Positions 57,235-64,000 of a stretch of DNA of 64,000 nt are shown one piece after another (the stretch's first letter is position 1; every line of letters starts with the position of its first letter). The translations under genes were made by a program, and so were the position numbers. Source of the DNA: an uncultured Planctomycetota bacterium. Lineage in GTDB: Bacteria; Planctomycetota; UBA11346. A model generated the notes under the pieces. It was not told where the DNA came from. It did not search any database and was given only the letters and a program-made list of their open reading frames with translations. The stretch is from the NCBI GenBank assembly GCA_963818245.1, contig CAWFSD010000043.1:20716-84715 (forward strand), given 5' to 3'.

Positions 57235-59250
57235 TCAGTTGCCGCTGTTCGCCGAGAAGCCCTTGATCTGCTGGGTCAAGTAATCGCCCTGCGATTTGGT
57301 GGTGGCGATCAGCTGCTCCATGGCCGCGAACTGGGCAGACAGGCGCGACCGGCGGATCGCCAGGGCGGCGTCGTTCGCGGTGATGCGCCCGGTGATGTCG
57401 GTGATCTGGCTGTTGAGGCTGTCCATGTCCTGGCCGATCACTCCCGACTGGCCGTCGGTGAGCTGCTGGATCGCGTCGCTCGCCTTCTGCGCCATGCCGC
57501 GGCTGACCGTGACGATGACGTTGCCGACCGGCGCCCCGGCCGACACGAACAGGCGCAGGCCGTCGAGGGCGCTGCCCGCGGCCGCGCTCAGTGCCTGGCC
57601 CTGGCCGGTGCCGGCCATGCCGTTGATGGTGCCGGCGACGTCCTGGCCGCGCACCGTGCCGGAGAACAGCTGCAGGGCCGACAGCGAATCCGAGGCCGGG
57701 TCGATGTCGATGGTCTGGCTGAAGCCGAAGAACTTCGAGCGCAGGTCGAGGGAACCGTCCGGGTTCGACCCGACCGTGACCTGGTCGCCGCTGTTGCCCG
57801 CCGCCACCGCGGCCGAGTTGATGACGCTGGCCAGGTGGCTGGCGAGCTGGGCGGGGGTGTACGTGCCGCTCGTCAGGGCCAGCGCGTAGGAGTTGCCGTT
57901 GATGGTGATGTTCAGCGCGTTGTTGGCGCTGGTGACGTCGACGGGTCCGCTGAGCGCGCTCGAGCCGACCACCGCCTGGGCGGCGGCGGTGGTGATGTTC
58001 ACCGTCAGCGGCCCGGTGACCTTGGTCTTGCTGCTGAGCGTCGAGAAGGCCACGCCCGCGTTGCTGCTGGTGCCGGAGTTGCTGAAGAGCTTCGCGACCG
58101 CGTCGGGGTTGGCGGCGAGCGCCGAGGTGAGCGTGCCGGCGCTGACGGTGAGCTGGCCGGTGTCCTGGTCGATGGCGATGCCGATCGCCTGCAGGCTGCC
58201 GTAGCCGCTCACCGCACCGGTGACCGGCCCGGTGAGGGCCGCGGTGATGTCGTTGAAGTCCTGCAGCACGTCGTTGTCGGTGAACAGGATGCCGGATCGC
58301 TTGGTGGTGGTGTCGTAGGTGGCGTTGTCGGCCAGGTACTGCTTGGCGGTGTTGTAGCTGGTGACGAACGAGGTGATCGCGGCCTTGGCCGCGGTGGCGT
58401 CGTTGCCGACCGTCAGGACCACGTTGCTCGCCGGCTGGGTGGCGGTGAAGCTCACCCCCGGGACCACGCCGCTGAAGGTGTTGGTGCTCTGGGTGATGGT
58501 GATCGCGCCCGCCCCGCTGCCGATCTGCACCTGGGCATCGGCCGCGGGGGACACCGTGGTGGCGCCCGCGAACAGGCCGCTGAGGCCGCCGGTGCCGGAG
58601 ACGGTGACGGTGCTGGCGCTGCCCGTCGTGGTGCTGGTCAGCACCAGGCGGTTGGGATTGGCGGTGCCGTCATTGAGCACCGCCGCGCTCACGCCCAGGT
58701 TGGCGGCGTTGATGGCCGCCGCGATGCCGGTGAGGTTGCTGTTGGCCTGGTCGACGGTGACCGTCGAGGTCGCCCCGCTGCCGACCTGCAGGCTGATGGT
58801 GCCCGCGCCGAGCAGGGTGTTGCTCGAGGACAGCCCGGCGGTCGCCACCTGGTTGGCCGTGGCCACCGCGACGACGTTGACCTGATAGGTGCCGGGCTGC
58901 GCCGAACTGTCCGCCGTGGCGCTCACCGCGGTGGTCGAAGACGTCACGACGCGGTTCTGGAACGTGCTGGCGTGATTCAGGTTGGAAAAATCGAGCTGGG
59001 CGCTGAGCAGCTTGAGGTTGAGGCTGCGCAACGCGTCCACGTGGGCCTGCGCGATGGCCTTCTTGCTCTCGAGCTGGGTGGTGGGAATGCGCGCGGCGGT
59101 GATCAGCGAGTCGATGATCGAGGCCGAGTCGATGCCCGAGACCAGGCCGGAGACCTGGGTCGGGCCGCCGCCGGTGCTGGTGCTGCCGGTGCCGGTGCTG
59201 GTCCCGGTGGTCGTCGCGGCGGTGGCCGAAGTCGCTGGGCTGACGGACAT
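57235..59250 (-). CDS. fliD: flagellar filament cap protein FliD (HAP2)
   Basis: AAGGAG sits before ATG 59250. The N-terminus reads SGLVSGIDSASIIDSLITAARIPTTQLESKK. A long Ser/Thr/Ala/Gly-rich middle is followed by the C-terminus RLSAQFAAMEQLIATTKSQGDYLTQQI. Confidence 0.85.
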   Translation of the reverse strand: MSVSPATSATAATTTGTSTGTGSTSTGGGPTQVSGLVSGIDSASIIDSLITAARIPTTQLESKKAIAQAHVDALRSLNLKLLSAQLDFSNLNHASTFQNRVVTSSTTAVSATADSSAQPGTYQVNVVAVATANQVATAGLSSSNTLLGAGTISLQVGSGATSTVTVDQANSNLTGIAAAINAANLGVSAAVLNDGTANPNRLVLTSTTTGSASTVTVSGTGGLSGLFAGATTVSPAADAQVQIGSGAGAITITQSTNTFSGVVPGVSFTATQPASNVVLTVGNDATAAKAAITSFVTSYNTAKQYLADNATYDTTTKRSGILFTDNDVLQDFNDITAALTGPVTGAVSGYGSLQAIGIAIDQDTGQLTVSAGTLTSALAANPDAVAKLFSNSGTSSNAGVAFSTLSSKTKVTGPLTVNITTAAAQAVVGSSALSGPVDVTSANNALNITINGNSYALALTSGTYTPAQLASHLASVINSAAVAAGNSGDQVTVGSNPDGSLDLRSKFFGFSQTIDIDPASDSLSALQLFSGTVRGQDVAGTINGMAGTGQGQALSAAAGSALDGLRLFVSAGAPVGNVIVTVSRGMAQKASDAIQQLTDGQSGVIGQDMDSLNSQITDITGRITANDAALAIRRSRLSAQFAAMEQLIATTKSQGDYLTQQIKGFSANSGN

Positions 59251-59318
59251 GGGAGCTCCTTACGGCCCTGCCTCCGCGATCCGGGGGCTGGCGATGCAAC
59301 GCAAGCGGCGCGCCAGTC

Positions 59319-59684
59319 TCAGGCGTTGTGGCTGAAGATCACGCCCACCAGGCTGTCGATGCGGTCCTGGAGGTCGAGCATCTCCTGCGAGGGGATCTGG
59401 CGGACCAGCTTGCCGGTGCGCGTGTCGGTGACCTTCACCACCAGCTCCTTGCTGGTGTCGTCGAAGGTGAAGGACAGCTGGCGGCCGCTGGCGGCTTCGA
59501 CCACCTGCTTGAGCTGGGCGGCCGCGGCGCGGATGTCGTCGCTGCTGGCGGCGGCCTTTTCCGCGGGCTGGGCCAGGTCGCTGCGGCGCGCCTGCTGGAC
59601 CTGGAGCTGCTGATCCTGGGATGCCTGGTACGGCCGGGTCGTATCGCCCACCTGCGTGGCGAGGGAAGCGTCGATGCGGGTCAT
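59319..59684 (-). CDS. flaG: flagellar protein FlaG
   Basis: AAGGA sits before ATG 59684. The 121-aa product ends ...LSFTFDDTSKELVVKVTDTRTGKLVRQIPSQEMLDLQDRI, typical of FlaG. The upstream part of track ORF 59319..60020 is non-coding-like. Confidence 0.75.
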   Translation of the reverse strand: MTRIDASLATQVGDTTRPYQASQDQQLQVQQARRSDLAQPAEKAAASSDDIRAAAAQLKQVVEAASGRQLSFTFDDTSKELVVKVTDTRTGKLVRQIPSQEMLDLQDRIDSLVGVIFSHNA

Positions 59685-59881
59685 GGCGGATCCTTTGGGG
59701 GCGGGCGGCGCCCGGGAATGCGGGCGGGGCCAGGTCGATGCCTTGAAGCATCGGCGGGTCCGCCGCCGACTTGAGCCCGATCCCGCAAGGCCTGTGGAAG
59801 GTTGCCAACCTCCCCTCCAGCCCCCTCCTGCGGGCGCCGGGCCGCTGGCGGCAACCTTCCACAAGCCGGTTCCGCCGGGAC

Positions 59882-59908
59882 TCAAGTGGCTGCGGATCGT
59901 GCCGTCAC
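59882..59908 (+). promoter_or_regulatory. putative sigma-28 (FliA) promoter of fliC
   Basis: The site is TCAAGTGG - 11 nt - GCCGTCAC, against the consensus TAAAGTTT-N11-GCCGATAA. It lies 84 nt upstream of the ATG. GGAGG sits 5 nt before the start. Confidence 0.4.
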
Positions 59909-59991
59909 TGTAGCTCAGGACGCCATGCCGGCGATCCCAACAGGCGGCACGGAAGCCGCACTCAACACCAGGATCACCCACGGAGGATCCC

Positions 59992-61548
59992 ATGTCCCTC
60001 AGAATCAACCACAACATCACGGCCCTCGACGGTCACCGCAACATGGTGAACAACGACGCCATGGTGAGCCGTTCCATCCAGCGCCTGTCCAGCGGCCTGC
60101 GCATCAACCGCGCCGCCGACGACGCCGCCGGCCTCGTCATCTCGGAGCAGATGCGCGCCCAGATCGGCGGCCTCAACCAGGCCATCGCCAACAGCGAGCA
60201 GGCCGTGACCATGGTGCAGACCGCGGAAGGCGCCCTCGACGAGGTCAACAGCCTGCTCAGCAAGGGCCGCTCGCTCGCCGTGCACGCCGCCAACAGCGGC
60301 GTCAACGACACCAACCAGCTCATCGCCGACCAGTCCGAGCTCGACAACATCGTAGACTCGGTCAACCGCATCTCGGCCAACACCCAGTTCGGCACCAAGA
60401 AGATCCTCGACGGCTCGCTCTCCAACGCGACCACGAACAGCGCGTCGGTCGCCTCGGTCAGCCTGGGCGGCGACTACACCAAGCTGCTGACCTCGAACAC
60501 CGCGGTGCGCGGCTACCACACCTTGCAGATCACCCAGGGCGCGACCCAGGCGACCGACGTGATGTCGCTCGCCGCGACCGACGTCTTCACCGCCGGCACC
60601 CTGGCGGCCGCCGCGGGCGGCAACCTGGTCAAGAAGAGCTTCACGCTGTCGGTCAACGGCGCCCTGCTCAACGTCGCCAGCGGCACGACCAAGAACCAGT
60701 TCGTGCAGCAGCTCAATGCCATCGGCGCCAAGGTCGGCTTCACCGCCGCCACCACCGGCGCGGGGTCCTCGGGCAACGTGAAGCTCACCGCCAAGGACTT
60801 CGGCCGCTCGTTCACCTTCAATGTCCAGTTCGTCAGCGGCGCCAGCGGCGCGTCCGCGCTCGCCCAGACCACCGTCGCCGGCGTCGACGCCAAGGCCACC
60901 CTGTACCTCTACACCGGTGGGAACGGCATCGGCGGCACCGCCACGTCGGGCTCCGCCGCCGGCGCGCAGATCACCTTCACCGCGACCGGCGCGGCCACCA
61001 ACCCGGGCGGCATCGGCCTGACCATGACGTCCTCGGGCGGCAGCACGATCGTGCTCTCGACCAACGTCAGCAGCGGCGCGAGCAAAGGCTTCGTCTACGG
61101 CGCCATCGACGGCACCCACTCGGGCGCGGTCTTCCAGGTCGGCGCCAACGTCAACCAGACCGCCACCGTGCAGCTGCAGTCGACCAACGCGTCGCAGCTG
61201 GGAGTGGGCGGCTCGGGCTCCTTCAGCAGCCTCGCCCAGGTCAAGGGCAGCTCGCTGATCTCCGGCCAGGCCAACGAGGTGCTCAAGGTCATCGACAAGG
61301 CCATCGACGACATCACCAACCTGCGCGGAAACCTGGGCTCGTTCCAGGCCAACACGCTGGAGACCGGCCTGAACAGCCTGCGCGTCACGCAGGAGAACCT
61401 GACCTCGGCCGAGTCGACCATCCGCGACGTCGACTTCGCCGAGGAATCGTCGAACTTCACCCGGAACAACATCCTGGTGCAGTCCTCGACGGCCATGCTG
61501 GCGCAGGCCAACCAGCTGCCCCAGCAGGTCCTCAAGCTGCTCGCCTGA
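59992..61548 (+). CDS. fliC: flagellin
   Basis: The N-terminus is MSLRINHNITALDGHRNM...LSSGLRINRAADDAAGLVISEQMR. The C-terminus is ...SAESTIRDVDFAEESSNFTRNNILVQSSTAMLAQANQLPQQVLKLL. The ORF is an intact 518 aa. Confidence 0.95.
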   Translation: MSLRINHNITALDGHRNMVNNDAMVSRSIQRLSSGLRINRAADDAAGLVISEQMRAQIGGLNQAIANSEQAVTMVQTAEGALDEVNSLLSKGRSLAVHAANSGVNDTNQLIADQSELDNIVDSVNRISANTQFGTKKILDGSLSNATTNSASVASVSLGGDYTKLLTSNTAVRGYHTLQITQGATQATDVMSLAATDVFTAGTLAAAAGGNLVKKSFTLSVNGALLNVASGTTKNQFVQQLNAIGAKVGFTAATTGAGSSGNVKLTAKDFGRSFTFNVQFVSGASGASALAQTTVAGVDAKATLYLYTGGNGIGGTATSGSAAGAQITFTATGAATNPGGIGLTMTSSGGSTIVLSTNVSSGASKGFVYGAIDGTHSGAVFQVGANVNQTATVQLQSTNASQLGVGGSGSFSSLAQVKGSSLISGQANEVLKVIDKAIDDITNLRGNLGSFQANTLETGLNSLRVTQENLTSAESTIRDVDFAEESSNFTRNNILVQSSTAMLAQANQLPQQVLKLLA

Positions 61549-61568
61549 GCCTTCGCCATCCTGGTCTC

Positions 61569-61608
61569 GCGACCCCTCCGGCGCCCCGCGCCGGAGGGGT
61601 CGCCTTTT
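61569..61608 (+). terminator. rho-independent terminator of fliC
   Basis: A 15-bp perfect stem (gcgacccctccggcg / cgccggaggggtcgc) has a 5-nt loop and is followed by cTTTT. Confidence 0.8.
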
Positions 61609-61773
61609 AACCCAGGTCAGTCTCGGTCTCGAGTCGCGATCCTCGCGCCCCCCGACTCGCAGCTCGCATCTCAAGCCCCCCATTGGCACGCCCCTGGCGT
61701 TCCCGCCCCGTGGCTCCCGCCGCCGATCGAGGGTATGCTCCCCCCGGCCGCGCCCACCCGTCAGGATGACTGC

Positions 61774-63575
61774 ATGGACTCGAACGCCACCCTCGCCCCG
61801 GCTTCGGCCTACACGGCGCAGCGCGACCAGCTGCTGCAGCGCATGCCCCACCTCGCCGCCCTGCTGCCCGCGGCGCCGCCCGTGCCCGCGGCGGTGCGCG
61901 CCGTCGAGCGCCGCGAACTGCGCGCGCTGCTGATGCCGGCGGCCAACACCCACGCCGAACTGGTCATGGTCGTGGGCTGGGGCGACGGCAGCGTCCCGCT
62001 GGGCCTGCTCGGCGACGCCCTGTGCCGGCAGAAGCGCATCCACGTGCTGCTCCTCCCTGGCGAGGAGGCGGCCTTCGCCGCGACCTTCGTCCGGCCGGTC
62101 ATGCCGCTGCTCGAGCAGTCGCAGCTGATGGTCTCGATCATCGAGGACGAATCCGCGATCGCCGGCATGCTGCACACCTGCTATCCCCGGCACCGCGACA
62201 TCCCGCCGCTGGCGGGGTGCGACTTCATCGACCGCCACCCGCTCGGCGGACCCGCCGAGGCCTTCCGCGCCCGCAACCTCGAGCGGCTCTACACCCTCCT
62301 CGCCGACCGCAACACCGCCTACGGCAACGACATCATCGACAGCTTCACCGGGCTGCTGCAGTCCTCGCAGAACGCGCGCCTGCTGCTGCCCGCGCCCACC
62401 ATCGGCGAGCTGCACGGCCGCTTCGGCGCCACGCCGGTGATCTCGGTGGCCGCCGGCCCCAGCGTCAAGCGCCGCCTGGAGCGACTCAAGGAGCTGCAGG
62501 ACCGCTGCATCATCGTCGCCTGCGACGCCGCCCTGCACGGCCTGCTCGACGCCGGCATCGATCCCCACTTCGTCACCCCCCTGGAGCGGCTCGGCAACCT
62601 CGCCATGTTCGCCCGCGCCGGCGAGAGCCGGGCGATCTACGCCGGCCTGCCGGTGGTCCACCCGGACATCGTGCGCCGCTTCCCCGCGGAGCGCACCATC
62701 GGCGTCTACGCCGGCGATGCGCTCTACCCGTGGCTGGTGCCGGACCCGGGCCAGCGCGTCAACGCCGGCATGTCGACCGGCGTGCTCTCGGTGACGGTGG
62801 GCTCGGCGCTCAGCACCGGACCGGTGTTCCTGGTCGGCCACGACTTCGGCCGCGACGCGAACGGCAGCCACTGGGAAGGGGCGCGCTTCGCCGGCGACGC
62901 CTGGAAGAACGCCAAGCTGCGCCACGACAGCACCAAGCTGGGCAGCTCGTTCTACGACGACCGCCTGATCCCGGGCAACGACGGCGAGCCCGTCCGCTCG
63001 ACCGCGGTGTGGGACAACTTCCGCACCGACATCGCCTTCGAGGGCCAGCAGCTGCGCGCCGCCGGGCGCGCGCTCGTCAACGTCAACGCCCACGACCGCA
63101 TCTTCGCGCGCATCGACCACACCGAGGCCGGGCCCCTGCCCGACCCGGCCAGCCTGCCCAGGCTCGCCGGCCGACCCTGCCGGAGCGCAACCAGGCGCGC
63201 TTCGACCAGTGGAGCGCGCGCGCCAAGCGCCTGCCCGAGGACGGCCACGCCTTCCGCCGCCACCTCGCCAGCCTGCGCGCCGACCTGGGCGTCGCCCTCA
63301 CGGGCGTGCCCAGCCACGCCGACGCCGCGACCTTCGCCGCGCGCCTCGACCTCTGCGCCGACGTCTCCGCGGGCAACCGCGAGGCCTTCAGCTACTTCCT
63401 GCGCTCGGCGCTGCACAACAGCACCGCCGAGATGCACAACCGCCGCCGCACCGCCTCGTCGGCGCGCAGCGCCTACGCCACCGTCGAGACCATGGACCAC
63501 CTCTGCCAGGGCCTGGCCAACGCCATGGACCGCCTGCAGGGCGGCCTGGAGGAGATCGCCCGTGACTGCACCTGA
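61774..63575 (+). CDS. motility-associated factor (Maf/DUF115, MptE-like) putative flagellin glycosyltransferase; one frame change near 63170
   Basis: ATG 61774 (frame 1) is not in the track because that frame stays open to the window end. The motif PVISVAAGPSVKRRLERLKELQDRCIIVACDAALHGLLDAGIDPHFVTPLER is typical of Maf. After ...LPRLAG the protein continues in ORF 62022..63575 as PTLPERNQARFDQW...LEEIARDCT. Confidence 0.7.
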
Positions 63576-64000
63576 CCCCGCCGCCAGCGCGGACCACCCC
63601 GACGCCCAGCGCGACCTGCGCGTGTGGTCCAACGAGCACGCCGGCTACGGCCAGCGCGTGCGCACCGAGATCATGCGCGGTGCGCTCTCCGCGATCCTGC
63701 GCCGCTCGGTGATCTTCGGCATGGAGGAGGGCTTCGGCCGCTACCGCAGCCGCGAGCTGCTGCTCTTCCAGGGGCTCAGCACCGGCACGTTCACCGACTA
63801 CCTGGCGCGCACCGCCTTGGCGCGCGCCATCGCCGAGGACGAGCGCGCGGTGATCGGCGCCTTCGCCGCCAGCCACGCCGCCGACGACCTGCTCGCCTGG
63901 TTCGCCGCCTTCGATCGCGCCGACCCGGAGCGCGCCCTCGCCCTGCTCGCCGGCGTCAGCGAGCCCGAGGAGCGCGCCACCGCGCGCCTGGTGGTGGCGC
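63562..64000 (+). CDS. hypothetical protein (N-terminal part, runs off window)
   Basis: GTG 63562 overlaps the Maf stop. The product reads VTAPDPAASADHPDAQRDLRVWSNEHAGYGQRVRTEIMRGAL..., is helical and protein-like, and has no stop before 64000. Confidence 0.4.
   Translation, partial: MTAPDPAASADHPDAQRDLRVWSNEHAGYGQRVRTEIMRGALSAILRRSVIFGMEEGFGRYRSRELLLFQGLSTGTFTDYLARTALARAIAEDERAVIGAFAASHAADDLLAWFAAFDRADPERALALLAGVSEPEERATARLVVA

Noticed and set aside
1-64000. I searched for tRNA, rRNA, tmRNA and known riboswitches in the few low-GC intergenic regions.
   Set aside because: No T-arm (GGTTCGAATCC-like) or other diagnostic conserved sequence was found outside coding regions. I cannot run covariance models, so small ncRNAs cannot be excluded.

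Overview
This is a very GC-rich bacterial chromosome segment (third codon positions are almost all G/C) with about 50 genes. Most long ORFs in the track are antisense or wrong-frame artefacts of the GC content, so real genes were picked by protein-like sequence, signal peptides, start context and start/stop coupling. The window falls into six blocks.

- **1-11.7 kb:** a minus-strand, translationally coupled 12-gene envelope operon. It holds a VirB4/TraC C-terminal-half protein and a VirD4/TraD-like protein (both without a P-loop), a VKOR+thioredoxin fusion, two lipoproteins, a membrane-anchored SNase-like protein and an OM beta-barrel. This is the best candidate for an undescribed system; the alternative is a decayed conjugative remnant.
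- **11.9-19.6 kb:** an RRM RNA-binding protein followed by a 2 x 94 bp duplicated terminator, a transglutaminase-like/TPR protein, an esterase, a NitT/TauT-type ABC transporter, and msrB-msrA.
- **19.9-24.2 kb:** a secreted Cys/Lys-repeat peptide with its own terminator, then DoxX, NDH-2 and a repeat-built polytopic membrane protein.
- **24.2-39.2 kb:** secreted multidomain alpha/beta-hydrolase and carbohydrate-esterase proteins, including a gene of about 6 kb.
- **39.3-55.2 kb:** a surface-polysaccharide locus (GtrA, GT-C-like protein, acyltransferases, GT4s, Wzx/Wzy-like proteins, WcaF-like protein).
- **55.3-64 kb:** bioA, fliS-fliD-flaG, a divergent fliC, a Maf-like gene and a partial unknown gene.

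No rRNA, tRNA, CRISPR array, transposase or integrase was recognised. Many genes are broken by +/-1 frame changes, and these are very unevenly distributed: about two dozen in 42.8-51.9 kb and none in 52.1-61.5 kb. From sequence alone I cannot separate assembly indels from real pseudogenes. The lineage is not determinable here; MBG-domain surface proteins and the flagellin N-terminus hint weakly at Verrucomicrobia/Opitutaceae-like organisms. All homology statements come from motif recognition by eye, not from searches.
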